Assembly: GCA_964019335.1 (NCBI GenBank)
Contig: OZ025670.1
Location: 634,221-698,220 of the forward strand
Direction: 5' to 3'
DNA from: Diplonema japonicum
Lineage: Eukaryota > Protista > Euglenozoa: Diplonemea
DNA: 64,000 nucleotides
This document shows, one piece after another, positions 23,572 to 35,726 of this stretch (the first letter of the stretch is position 1; every line of letters begins with the position of its first letter). The translations under genes were made by a program, and so were the position numbers. Below the pieces are notes generated by a model that saw only the letters and a program-made list of their open reading frames with translations, had not been told where the DNA came from and did not search any database.

Positions 23572-26500
23572 ATGGCACCTAAGGGACTGACTGCAAATGG
23601 TGTGAGAGCACCTCCCCCCGACCGTGACCAAGGCCGACCTCTGTCAAGGATAAATCAGATATTGGGTCCCTACTCTCCCTCCCAGTCTCCGCCTCCTAAC
23701 CGCCCTACCAGCTCTGCAACTCCACAGAGATCTCTCAAAGAGTTTAGCCCTAGCAATGTCTCAGCCTCTCAAAGCCCAGGAGGTCAGGTACCTGTTAGAC
23801 ACGGGCACCCATCAGCACTTCTACAAGCCACTTTGCTCGCCAGCACCGGCAGAGGCGGTCGAGGGACCTCAGTAGTACAGCAGGTCTCTAATACCAGCGG
23901 AAGCGGCAGTGGCAGTGGTAGAGGCCGTGGTCGGGGGGCCTTAGCACTTTTACAGCAGCTCTCCAACACAAGCGGCAGCAGTGGGAGAGGTGGTCAGGCG
24001 CCTGTACAATCCAACCAGATCCTAACCAGCGCAGCCGGCGGCCGAGGGAATTTAAGGCAGGCTCGAAGCCCAGAACGCGAGGTACGCAATGCGGAGGGCG
24101 ATAAGGTAAAGCGGAATGCTGAGGACGGGATAAAAAAGCTGTTGCAGGCACCTGGGCATGCTAAGGGAAACCAAAAAACCCTATCGTCTCTTCTTGTGGG
24201 CAACAAGAGCCAGAGGAGCCTCAATGCAACCAATGTGTCAACAAACGGGTCTGTTAAAAGCACGACAAGTGGCAGGGGTAGGGAACTGGTTAGGGGAAAG
24301 GGTCCTGGAGCCGCGGGAAAGGGGGTGGGAAGGAGTGTTGTTCCAGGTAAAGGTGCCCCCTTGGTGACTACTTTGCCAGCTTCAAGGATAAAGAAGGTAG
24401 TTGCACCAGCCGTGCCCGCACCTGCGGAAATGAGCAACGTGGGGATAACACCTGCGCCAAGATTCGCACCGGGGAGCAAGGGTGCATTAAGAACAAAAGG
24501 AACTGTGCCTCCTGTAGTGGCCCCTCCTAAAGGTATCACAAACCCGCAGGCTCTCGCTCTGGGTATTAAGGCACTGTCCCCAAGAACTAAGGAAACACCT
24601 GTCCCAATTCCCCCAGGAATCAAGAACCTTCATGCAGGCCGAGGAATCGTCTCAGCTGTTGGATCCAAAGGAGCGGCAAAGGGACAGAACCCCAGGAAGG
24701 GTCTTCCCCAAGGGAGAGGACGGGGCGTGAAGGTGAATTGGGCACCGATGCCTGTGGGACGGGGCCTTCTCGAAGCAACTGCTGCTCCTCCTGTGGTTGA
24801 ACGAGGGAATGTTAGGGACTTTGCAGATTTCTCTGGATGGGGTGTGGTGTCGAATGCTCTCGTGACACCTGTTGTTGTGCCCGAAGAGCCCCCTGGTTCG
24901 CCTATCACTTTGGGTGATTCGCATAAGAAGAACGCCTTGTCCTTGTTGAGCGCCTCGATGTTGCACCTCAGACGGCAGACCCAGATAGACGACGACATTC
25001 TGGGCGATTTGGATCACCATGAACGGAACTCCGACAGACGCAGCTCTGTTGCCCAGATGCTTTCCTCAGTCAAGCACAATAGTAAGCTTCCTGTCGATGC
25101 ACGCAGGGGGTCGAGTTCTGGAGACGCAACGATGGCTGAGTTGATGCGTTCCCTAAGCAAAGGAAGGCTAAAAGAGCACGATGTACCCGTTCCGACGAGG
25201 AGGTTTACTACACATGACTTAGCTGTTAATATGAATGAACTCCCCGATGGAACTCGAAGGGACGCTGTCGCTTTAGGGAAGCAGAACGATAAGTCTCTCG
25301 CCTTGGCTTCTACCTCTGTGACATCATTGCTGAAGCCTTCTCAGGAGAAACAGCCGTTCATCGTGAAGCAAGAACCCACACCCGTGTTAACAGCATCAGA
25401 AATAGGAGGGACCGGCAAGCTAAATGAATTCCGTTTTGGCGATTCTGCCAGTGATCAAGGAGAGAAAGAGCCTCCCAATATGCCAAGCACACCTGACACT
25501 CCTCTGTGGCTCACTGGAGAAGCTTTTTCTCCCTCCAGACGCTCTCACACAGTTTGCGACGTCAAGACACCGCAGGTGAGCTTGCCCAAGAGGTCTGTAT
25601 CGATGCTCGATGCTAGGTCGCCACGTGGTGTGGCGCGCACGCCGTCCCCTGACAAGTCGCCCACACTAGCTGCCATCAGTCGGCACGCCACGTCTTATTT
25701 ACGACAGCTTCAAGAGTCACGGAACGTGCTCACAATAGACGAAGAAGCTACATGTTGCGTAATAATGTGCGCTGTAGTGGCGGTTTGCAGAGTTCCGTAT
25801 CGGAATGAGTTTGGATCAGTAGTCAATTCGGAGAATGGGTATGCTGCCCTTTACTTTACATACAAATTAAACAGATCTGACGATGACATCAGACCAGCCA
25901 GAGGCACTAAAGGCTTGCATGTAAGCGTTAGCTGGGCCGAAAGGGCCGCGAGGCCTCACATTGAAGATCTTGAGGTAGAAGCTGTCGAGAGCTTGTTTAA
26001 GGTGTGCCATTCATTCTAACCAACTGACCGCCAGGATTTCGTCCATGGTAAGGAGTCCATGGTCCAGAAGAAGCAAGAAGATACACAGGAATCAGGAGGG
26101 GTGGAGAAGGAGGCATCAAATGTAGAAGCAGAAGCAGATCTGGAACCTAAGGTAGAAGAGCCGGCTAGAGCAGATGATACCGCTCAGCGATTCTCGTCAG
26201 GACAGGTGACAATGGTCGATGCCTCAACAGGAATGCTTCAGGTCAAGGATGTGGCGGTGGACGCCACGATCCCCATGAGCGAAAGGGATTCAAATAAAGA
26301 AGGAGGTACAAGCACCAGTCAGGCGGCCACACCAGTGAAGGCGAAGAAAAAGAAGAAAAAGGTGAAGTCAAGGAATAAGCACGCCGACCCGCTAGTACTA
26401 GATGCACTGGCGGCACCACCTCCTGAGCCTGAACGAGCCCTCGTCGGGAGCATCAAAAGTCTGGAGAAGAAGGTGAACAAGGTACTGGAGCAGTCGTTAC

Positions 26501-28176
26501 AGACAACGCCGACAACGCCTGTGAAAGTACACGACAGGGCCATCAACCTAGAGGTACGGCCTGTGCGTGTGCCGCAGACACCAGCATCACCAGAGTCGGA
26601 TGCAGGCAGCGTTAAAGGGCTTGCTGTGAGTTCTAAGACTCTGTGGATAGAATTCCTTGAGAAGGGCGACCACCCGCAAGACCTACAGCCACCTGATTTT
26701 ATCGACTACTGCTGCACTCTGGGCTACACGCAGTTTGAGGCCCTCTGCATCAGCGCGTTGTGGTTCAACAGACAACCCGAGGATAAGGGTGAGGGAACAT
26801 CTGTAATATGCAATGCGCCGCCCGCCCTCGATGCTCACACCTACCCCGTGGGGAACGGTGCCTCGTACACTGATGTCCTCCCAAGCAGCGCCCTATTCAA
26901 AGCTGTTTCCAAAGAGGTAATGGAGACTTGTCACAGTGTGTCCTTCATGAAAGGTGACCAGTTCAAGGTCGTCCGTGTTGTCGAGGCGCACTGCAACGAA
27001 GAAGTGACGTCGGTATTCATGGCAGCAAAGGGGAAAAACAAGACTAAGGTCCTGTACTACAACCCGGTGAAGATGAAGCCTTTCTTGAACGCTTTGATAG
27101 AAGGCATCACTGCTGATTACGTTTTTTCGTCCGAGGCGATCATTCGCAAGAAACCAATCAAAGGCCAGTCTCTGTGCCTTTTACTGTGCGAAGCAGCTAT
27201 CGGAGCAACTAAAGCGGTCACATTGAGAGACCCCAGCAACAGGCTTGAGCTACAGAAGGTGCTGCGCACAAGCGAAGCAGACACCGTCAGCAGCACATAC
27301 TCCGTGAGATGCATGGATGGAAGTATCAAAGTGGGGCGGCACTATGCGTCACGGATAGGAGCGTTACCAAGGTTCATGGTCCAGGTGGAAATAAAGGAAA
27401 CATCAATTCCGATGAAGCAGTCTCCGGTGCGATCTGTACGGGCAAGTACAAGCGAGAAGCAATACCCTGAGATGAAGAGAGAGCTCGTTGTAGAATGCCC
27501 AGAAGTGGAGGAACTGTCTGGTGTGTATGAGAAGGTTGGCATGCTACGTGACATGGCTGTGTTCGGCTGTAATAACTGCAGACTCTTCACAGATAGCAGG
27601 TTGGGGTGGATGTTGTCCGACACCCGCGACGGCCCTGACAAGGACGAGGGCATCGTTACGACTGTGAACGCGCACAATGGGAAGCTTCCCCATAACATGA
27701 AGAAGTGGCAGTGCAGTGATGGGACAGAATGGGTACGCACGGAGGTCACCATCACAGAGCGCATAGTTGACAGATTCGAGAATATTAGAAACATGCCACC
27801 GCCACTCCCCACCACGGACACTACCGCCAGTAGCAAAGGGCTGCACTCGTACACCACTCCCGTGACAGGGTACGGAGTGTGGGAGTGGGTGTTTCGCATC
27901 TCATACTGCATAGGCCAGGTGGGCTTTGGGATAAGTGTCGGAGAGTGGTTGTACACGGACGTTGCAGCACCAACAGATGTAACGATCAGGCTTGAGCTCA
28001 AACAACAAGAAGCCATTCTGAGTATCTATAAAATCGGTAAAGTAAGGTCCTCCGAGACGAAGGTCATCTCGCTGTGGTCGCCCACGCAGCTTGTCTTTCC
28101 ACAGGTGAACTTCCCTACCGAGGGGACCGTCAGCATGCTGACCGCCCCCCGTTACGTGGCTCCGATTGTGTTGTGA
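23572..28176 (+). CDS. Large (~1520 aa) protein: low-complexity N-terminus, degenerate PARP-like domain, beta-rich C-terminus; intron 26002-26034
   Basis: A 33-nt GT..CAG intron removes the in-frame TAA between two same-frame ORFs. LLLCEAAIG and ALPRFMVQV resemble ART-fold strands. Confidence 0.65.
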
Positions 28177-28295
28177 ACAGTTAGAATTTAGTTCTTGTAA
28201 AGGGTACTGTGCCCTGCGTGAATAGTAGAAATCACCTGCCTCCCTTGCATGCCACGGACGACACACACTACAGGATTAGAAGGTAGAAATATAAA

Positions 28296-28817
28296 ATGAG
28301 CGTGAATTTATCGACGTGTCATCTAGAGTCGCCGAACCCTGCACACTTTACTGACTTGTTCCAATGGCGGATTCGGCTCGAGGTGCTTGAGGAGATCGAC
28401 AGTGACCTTGAGTTCAAGGTAGTTTGGGTAGGGTCTAGCTCGTCTAACGAATATGATCAGATACTCGAGGACTGCGAAGTAGGCCCCCTAGTCCTCGGGG
28501 CCAATGAGTTCATTTTGGAGCATGATGCGCCGAACTGGAAACTTATCCCGCCTGAAGACTTGTTGTCGGTCACCCTGGTGCTGATTATGGTGCACTATAA
28601 AGGACAGGAATTCTGCAGAGTCGCACACTATGTCAATGTCGCTTACAACCAGGAGGATCTCAACTCCGACCCTCCTGAAAAGATCCATATCAGCAAAGTG
28701 GCTAGGAACGTACTTATCTCCAAGCCTTGTGTAGTAACAAAGCCCATCGATTGGGGCACTGGTGAGGGCGACTTCTCTATGGAGAAGCCATTAGAAACCC
28801 TTGAAGACAAAGAGTAA
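28296..28817 (+). CDS. ASF1: Histone chaperone ASF1
   Basis: NPAHFTD, DLEFKVVWVGS, YDQILE..VGP, YKGQEFCRVAHYVNVAY, KPCVVTKPIDW. Confidence 0.95.
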   Translation: MSVNLSTCHLESPNPAHFTDLFQWRIRLEVLEEIDSDLEFKVVWVGSSSSNEYDQILEDCEVGPLVLGANEFILEHDAPNWKLIPPEDLLSVTLVLIMVHYKGQEFCRVAHYVNVAYNQEDLNSDPPEKIHISKVARNVLISKPCVVTKPIDWGTGEGDFSMEKPLETLEDKE

Positions 28818-28941
28818 GTAGTGTGTCTTGGCCATTGAGCTTAGATAGTTTAGATTTCTCCCCCCCATTGTCAACCCCTTGTTTATGACTATTAGTGATC
28901 TGTGCCATACCTTGCGGTCGCAACGATTATACATCAAGGAG

Positions 28942-30643
28942 ATGAAAAGGCGCGAGGACAGCACCATGATGCTTGGTGTAGAGTTGGAGGATGAGATGTC
29001 GATGATGATGAAAGCCGTATACGACAGCACCAAGGTGGATCTGGTGCTGAAGGAAGCGCCTGGTGAGGGCGACACACCTTCCTCGCAGAATTTAGTAACA
29101 AGCTCCCCAAATATGATGGAGCAGCAGGAGGAAGAACTACGAGGGCCTATTCTGAATGGGGAAAAGGTACGGCTCATGCTAGTGCTAACCCCGAAGCGGA
29201 ACCTGCTGGCGGAGACATTTGGGAACGCGTTTGGTCTGGCAGGGAAGGCGAACGAAGAGAAGCAGCTTGAGGCTTGGAACATCTTGACATCGTCTATGTA
29301 TGTACACATCCAACTCTTGCCTGCCACGCATGAGCTTGTGAAACGGTCTGTAGACGATGACTCCGAAGAGCTTGTTGTGCTTTTTGGCAAAGGCAGCGAT
29401 GAAAGGTGTCCTGACGGCACCTCTTACCCCGTACAAAACGTGCGTCCTAAAAGAGTCGCTACTCTGGCAACAAAGAACGGCAGGAACTACTGCAGGCCTA
29501 GCGTCTACGAGTTGGAGTTTGTTGTCAAGGAGGAGCAAGGCGACCACTCGGACAAGACAAGGTACTATGTGCACCTCACTGTGGAATTGGCGAGCCTTCA
29601 GTCGCTTAGGAAGAACATCTCTAAAGTAACAGGAAAAAGCATTGATACGCTAGAAAAACGGGTCGCTGAATCGTTTAATTCGGTGATGATGGACCCAGTG
29701 AGCACGTTGTGCAGTAGGTCGGATGAAGAGGACAAGATGGTGCTGACGCAACTAGCTGGCATCAGCCCGTCTCCTGCTGCGGACAAGCTTTGGTCGGATT
29801 CGTGTTTAATGACGGTGTTACTGCCAGCGTACCTTCTCGACCCTTTGAAAATTGAGGTCAAGGTTGCCGAACCAACGCCTGGCTACAACTGCGTGCAGGT
29901 CTCGATCTCCAACGCGCTGACCCACGATATTGAGGTGAAGGACTTGTACATTCACTTGCCAACTGCTGTGGCGAAAGAGAGGGAGGAAAAGGTACAGATG
30001 ACACCCCTCACCACCATGTGCATGTTGACATCGTCTCCTACCACGCATGCGACTACCACGGCACAGAACACGCCTGGTGGGTTCGAGGCGCTCTTCAAGC
30101 TGGAATGCTACAGAGTTGCAGTAGATGGCGAGGTATCATACCACAGCACGTGGCCCACTTTAAAAACTACAGGAAATGCCAATAGTGCTGCACGGGGGCG
30201 AAACGTACATCTTTATGTTTGTGATGAGACCCTACGACATCCAACCAACACCTGCCAGCCCGCCGTTGCGAGGTCATCCCAGAAGAGGGACCGGAGGGAG
30301 CATGGTGCACAACCCCCCACCGCTTAAGATGCCACCTAGAAAATCGCTCCCCTCGAATCCAACGGACCACCCAGTTTCCATGTTCGAATCTGTTAGCCAG
30401 AACTGTCAGATGACTGTAGCCTTCAAGGTCAAGGGACTCGCATCCACATTCGACAAGCCAGCGACAGTGCATTGGAAACTCCAGGTATGCAAGAGTCGCG
30501 TTACATTACTAACACAGATGCGAGCTGCACCGACACAAATAGAAGACGATCGGTTGAAGTCTGTAACTAAATTCATGCCCCCGCGAGTGTATGTTCCTAT
30601 TTCTTTTTTAAGGGTGTGGTCCTCAAGTGGGATATGCCCTTAA
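28942..30643 (+). CDS. Hypothetical protein, possibly TRAPP-II subunit-like (Ig-fold region); introns 30133-30172, 30485-30517; both ends uncertain
   Basis: A 40-nt intron joins two ORFs in frame. VQVSISN..DIEV.D and MPIVLHGGETYIFMF patterns. Confidence 0.55.
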
Positions 30644-30788
30644 ACATCGCCTTATTGATTGAAATAACAGGAGGCGAAAGGACTCAACGAGACACACCCG
30701 CACACGTTCACTAACACCTCCACCCCAACATGGATCGTGAGTTGTTGTGACACTTTCCGTTACAAGTCTCACCACAGAAAAAAGAAAA

Positions 30789-33743
30789 ATGACATGCTCC
30801 CTGCCCTATTCCTGTATACCAGGCCCTCCTAACTGGTTCCAGGGCAGCATAATTGATGTTAATAGTGAAGCAGTGGCTTACGGTTGTCAGGGAAGGGTGT
30901 ACATCCTTAGCTTGAAGACGGGTACATTAGTAGGCAGGGTGGTTAAGTGCCATGATAAGCAAGGCGTGTCGTGTGTCAAGTGGGTGGGAAAGGGAAGCAG
31001 GTTGTTAACCGGCGGTACAGACGGTGCTTTGCGTTTGTGGCAAGCGGACCTCGAAACACGGGTAGTTTCATCTGTGGCAACTACGCGCCTGGGGACATCA
31101 TTAACAACTGTTTGTGTGACGAATTCGCAAGTTGCGGCAGCAGGCACAGTAGCAGGAACAGTTTTGTTCTACCAGCTCACAAAAGGAGGCTTTGAGCCTC
31201 GTGGAGACTGCAACCTTGGTTCGCCTGTCACTAGCTCTGCTTCTTTACCAGATAGCTCACAAGGAGGTTTCATAAGCTTCGGTTGCAAAGATGGCAGTAT
31301 TCATATATTCAATAACCTACGTAAGATCTTCTCGTGGAGAGGCCCTCATGCCAGTGACGTGCAGTCGCTCAGTTGGAGAGTGACAAGTAAACAAGGCCTC
31401 TACTTGGCTTCGGGTAGTAAGGACAAAAAGGTTGCGGTGTGGAGATTGTATCAGAAGGAGGACGAGCTAGCCTACCAGTCGCAGCTCCTTGCGCTACCTC
31501 AGAATTTGAGCGACAGCACAGGCGCGCAGAGTGGCAATAACAGGGTGTGGAATGCAGTGGCATGGTGTTCGCTTCCTGGGATGGAGAACATGTTGTACAC
31601 GACAGCCAACGCAGCGCCAATAGTCTTAGCTTGGCAACTTTCCAACACTGTCACGCGTTGGCATGACACGAACTCACCACCTGGACAGCCGTCGCAGCCA
31701 ACGCGACTGAAGCACCACTCTAGATTGATCTTCAACCTTTTGTTCGTCAATGGGCCCACGCCCTACCTCGTCAGCACTTCCATGGAGCGAAGATTGATGT
31801 TTTGGGCACTTAAAAAGAACAGAGTGGAGTGGACTATTCCGTTGCTTGCTTCGACACCTGCATCTATGGCCATGGGCAGCGATGGTACGCTGGCTGTAGG
31901 GGAAAAGGATATCTTGCTGTGGAAACTGCCAACGGAGCACACTACCGGCGTAGCAAGCACTGGCAATCCTTATGTTCACAGGCAGCACTGGAACAAGGTG
32001 ACCTCTGCAGTGGTAACTATGGTGTACCACGGGGAGCAGCTTTGCTTTGGGACAGCAGATGGCGATGTTGGTATCATTAAAAAGGCGGGTGAAGGGAAGA
32101 AAGGAAAAGTGCTCTGCAACGTCGTCGTATCCCTCAACAGCAGAGCGAAGGCTGTACACTGGGTCGATAGTGAGACAGTTCTCTGCGTCGGTGCAAACTA
32201 TGCGTGCCGTTTGTGCACGTGGCAAGGACCCACCGCTGTGCTTGATGATAGCATAAAGGGGCCACGCCCACTGGAATGCGCTGTGTATTGCAATGGGTAC
32301 TTGTGTGTGGCCTCTGCTTCATTAATTAGCTGCTACGAGCTCAAAGACGCTACTCTCACACTCGTATCAAAACGAGAAGTGGACACTTACCCTATGAGTC
32401 TTGCTGCGAATATAGTGGGCACCAGGACGCTGCTAGCATGGGGTAGCACTGACGGTACTATCAGCATCATGGAAATCGGTGTGTTTGAGATAACATCTGC
32501 ACGAGGACACACTAAAAGAGCAACGTCGATCTGCTGGCGGGAAGGTGAGCTGCAGCTGTGCAGCTGTGGGGGTGATGGGTCCATTGCTGTATGGCAGGCG
32601 GATGACGGTTTATCAAGAACACATGTCATCGAAGACAGAGGCATCTTCAGCGCAGTGCTGTGGTCAAACTTGAATCCCGAGGTTATCTACGCACTCGACG
32701 AGCGCTGTGTACTCGCGTTCCATTTCTCCGAGGCCGTTGCCCCTACCTCGGAAGTGGGGAAGCGAAGCCCGAGGAAGCAACCTTCTAATGTTAAAAGGCC
32801 GAAGCTTCAAGAACCTCTTGTCAGTCCCGCTGAATGGCTAGCTGGCAGCGATGGTGAAAATAGACCTCTTTTTACTCCCAGCGCTTTAGAGGTGGAAGAC
32901 ATGTTCGCAGTTGCTCAGGGTCTGCTGTTGGGTGAAAGCGTCCCGCCCACTCTTCCAAATGCGTTGTACACTGGACAACACTTGCAGTGCGTAGTTGATT
33001 CTCTGATAAAGGAGCACCCCACGTGTGCACCTGTCTTACAGGCGCTAACAGGCAGACACACAGCCATAGATGGAAGGGACCAGGCCTTTTGGACCGCACT
33101 TGCAACACATCTGGATTTTCCCGCGTGGCAAGAGAAAGTCAAGTATTTAATTGAGTCCTGCAACGAGCAGCAGCGAGGCGTGCTGAGCCTGATGGTAGGG
33201 GACATACCAAAGGCTGTGCAGCACCTGAACGCCTGCAGTGATTATAAGAGCATCCATGAAGTGCTAGCGAGATGGCCTTGCCCTGAGAGCGTGGTGACAG
33301 GTATCCTGAACAATGCGCTCCAAGAGGACATCCCAAGTGAGATACGTACAGGGCTCTTCCTGTCACTTGGAAGGGAAGATGATGCGTGGCAGGTAATGGC
33401 TGCGAGCAACAAGGTTGATGACTTAAAGCTTGCCTATTCCCTGAGGGCAACGGAAGACGTGGCTGACCGGTACGCAGTGCGATGGCTGCTTGGGGAAGAT
33501 CCTGATGCCGCGTGCCCACCTAATGGCAAGGGCGGTGTGCACTGTGCTTTCTATGCACGTTTGTCGCTCGTTATGGATGACTCTGCGTTCAGGACTGAAG
33601 TATCTGATCCGGTGGTTGTGGCAACAGATCTGCGTGCATGGTTGGAACGCGTCAAGGAGGTCGCCCCCAGAAGGGCAGTCAATGTTGCTGAGGCATGTGC
33701 TTCTTTGCTACTTGGCGAAGACAATCAAGACGTAGAACAGTAA
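30789..33743 (+). CDS. GEMIN5: WD40 protein, Gemin5-like
   Basis: N-terminal PPNWF, then LASGSKDK, RVWNAVAW, HSRLIFNL, LVSTSMER..FW, WTIP and GHT..TSICW in the order expected for Gemin5. Helical C-terminus. Confidence 0.7.
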   Translation: MTCSLPYSCIPGPPNWFQGSIIDVNSEAVAYGCQGRVYILSLKTGTLVGRVVKCHDKQGVSCVKWVGKGSRLLTGGTDGALRLWQADLETRVVSSVATTRLGTSLTTVCVTNSQVAAAGTVAGTVLFYQLTKGGFEPRGDCNLGSPVTSSASLPDSSQGGFISFGCKDGSIHIFNNLRKIFSWRGPHASDVQSLSWRVTSKQGLYLASGSKDKKVAVWRLYQKEDELAYQSQLLALPQNLSDSTGAQSGNNRVWNAVAWCSLPGMENMLYTTANAAPIVLAWQLSNTVTRWHDTNSPPGQPSQPTRLKHHSRLIFNLLFVNGPTPYLVSTSMERRLMFWALKKNRVEWTIPLLASTPASMAMGSDGTLAVGEKDILLWKLPTEHTTGVASTGNPYVHRQHWNKVTSAVVTMVYHGEQLCFGTADGDVGIIKKAGEGKKGKVLCNVVVSLNSRAKAVHWVDSETVLCVGANYACRLCTWQGPTAVLDDSIKGPRPLECAVYCNGYLCVASASLISCYELKDATLTLVSKREVDTYPMSLAANIVGTRTLLAWGSTDGTISIMEIGVFEITSARGHTKRATSICWREGELQLCSCGGDGSIAVWQADDGLSRTHVIEDRGIFSAVLWSNLNPEVIYALDERCVLAFHFSEAVAPTSEVGKRSPRKQPSNVKRPKLQEPLVSPAEWLAGSDGENRPLFTPSALEVEDMFAVAQGLLLGESVPPTLPNALYTGQHLQCVVDSLIKEHPTCAPVLQALTGRHTAIDGRDQAFWTALATHLDFPAWQEKVKYLIESCNEQQRGVLSLMVGDIPKAVQHLNACSDYKSIHEVLARWPCPESVVTGILNNALQEDIPSEIRTGLFLSLGREDDAWQVMAASNKVDDLKLAYSLRATEDVADRYAVRWLLGEDPDAACPPNGKGGVHCAFYARLSLVMDDSAFRTEVSDPVVVATDLRAWLERVKEVAPRRAVNVAEACASLLLGEDNQDVEQ

Positions 33744-33797
33744 CACTATTGCACCGCACTGCTTATTCGTACATTTATCCATACAGGTATAAAATGA

Positions 33798-34115
33798 ATG
33801 ACGGAAGTATGCACAGAAGTAGTGCGTGATGCCTTGGATTCCATTAGCACGTGTAGTGCTGATGATAGTCAGTACCCTCTGGAACTAGCAAGCTGTGAAT
33901 GCCTCGACGGTTTTATAAAAGCTACAACAGGCTGCAGCAACGATACGCTGCTGGGAGCTAATGTGAGGGAAGCACTTCGGTTCAAGGGGGACAGGTGCCC
34001 CGGTCACGAGTCTGAAAAATGGTGGGTGGCGTTGATAATACTGTGCATCATGCAGTTTGGGATAATTTGTTATCTTGGGTATCTCGTTTGGCAGAAAACA
34101 AAGTATGCCGCATAA
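33798..34115 (+). CDS. Small Cys-containing protein with a C-terminal transmembrane helix
   Basis: 105-aa ORF after an ACAG acceptor. Hydrophobic WWVALIILCIMQFGIICYLGYLVW. Confidence 0.6.
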   Translation: MTEVCTEVVRDALDSISTCSADDSQYPLELASCECLDGFIKATTGCSNDTLLGANVREALRFKGDRCPGHESEKWWVALIILCIMQFGIICYLGYLVWQKTKYAA

Positions 34116-34384
34116 CACTCAGCTACGACAAATCACAGGCCGAGAGCTCAATTCGCAACAGAGGGTTACGAAGTGGTGCGCTTAGACTCGCTGTGCACGT
34201 CGCACGCTTGTATAGATGCTGACGCCAACAACTATTGCAGAACTTGTGGAAAGAATAGATTTTCTGAAGCGAATAAAAGGGAAACTGCGCAAGAGGAGCC
34301 TCTTCTTCCTCAGTTGCTAAACATTGTTTAGTTTGTATCAATTGGTATCATATCAGTAATTGACCACAGTTCCTCAGATACAAA

Positions 34385-35457
34385 ATGTCACGCATGGGGC
34401 TGCTTGAAGCTTTGAAGGAGAAGCAAGAAGACACTCTTGTGCAGCTTTTTGAAGAAAAGGGCGTCACAGACGAAGATATCGCCCAGTCGCGCAGAAGGGT
34501 TGAGCTGATGATGAGGCTCAACTTGAGCTACAAGCAAAGGGCAGCCATCATGGAATACCTCGCAGATAAGGTGCCAGCCGTTAACGAGTGGGGCTACGCT
34601 TCATATGAAGCACGTGAAAGACGAAGACTTGCTGTTGAGTACAGAGAGCTTGCGCAGCTCGAGATGGTATGCAGCTCAAGGTATAACTGACTCAACACAG
34701 ATGCCGGAGGAGGAGGCTCTGGAGTACAAGCGAAGCAACTTTTACAGGAGGTACCACACGTCTGGACAAATCACAAAGTGGAGTGACTATGTTGAGCCGA
34801 TTGTCGAGAACAGGCACACACTCGAGGTCCGTGACAGATGGGGCGATTCGACCCTTCTACGATTCACTGACGCCGATTTGGAAAAAAAGTTTTCTGCAGT
34901 ACCTGAGCTGAATGGCAAGGTCAGCCTGTGGAGGGGTAACATCTGCGAACTGGAATTCGACGCTGTCGTCAACGCGGCCAACTCCTCGCTGAGGGGCGGG
35001 GGCGGCATCGACGGAGCCATCCACGACCAGGCAGGTATGTGTTCAACACAGTATTATGCCCACAGGTGCTCTGCTTGACGATGAATGCATAGCCCATGGA
35101 GGGTGTCCTACCGGAGAGACGAGAGTCACGAAGGGGTATAAAATGCCCGCAAAATACATCTTACACACTGTGGGCCCTACACAAGAAGACCCAGACTTGC
35201 TCAAGAGCTGCTACGTAACCGTCTTGGAAGAGGTCAAAGCAAAGCAGTTGCGCACTGTTGCATTCTGCTGTGTTTCTGCTGGAATCTTCGGTTTCCCTCT
35301 TATCCACTCTTGCCACATTGCCCTGAGGACTATCAGAGAATGGTTGGAGAAGGATGATAATGCCTCTGCGGTTGACAACTTCTGTTTCTGTGTTTTTTTA
35401 CCTCATGAGCTTGCCGTGTATGAAAGGCTGCTTCCTGTCTACTTCCCGAGATCTTAA
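34385..35457 (+). CDS. MacroD-type ADP-ribose hydrolase; introns 34667-34700, 35035-35065
   Basis: [42 protein letters not shown]. Confidence 0.9.
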
Positions 35458-35726
35458 GTTCAAATAACGTAACCTGGTCACTGCCACACGCGAGCGGCTT
35501 CTCTCATTATCGGCACAGCCTGTCGGTGTCGGGTCGTTGGTGCAGTGCATTACTACACTGGGCTGGCGAAGATCTTGAGTGCTTATTAAACTTTTTAGAG
35601 GGGCCTTGTCTGACGGGTTCCCTTTGATGTCTTACCTATCCTTTTGTTCTCTGGGTGCCAGGGCTGGGTTTCTTCTTGCCTTTATTTTTCGACAGCAGGC
35701 ACAAAGTACTATTATCCGCAGAGCAG

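Noticed and set aside
30018-30066. Candidate GT or GC intron ending in gcacag
   Set aside because: Either donor choice introduces an early stop, while the unspliced frame is open.
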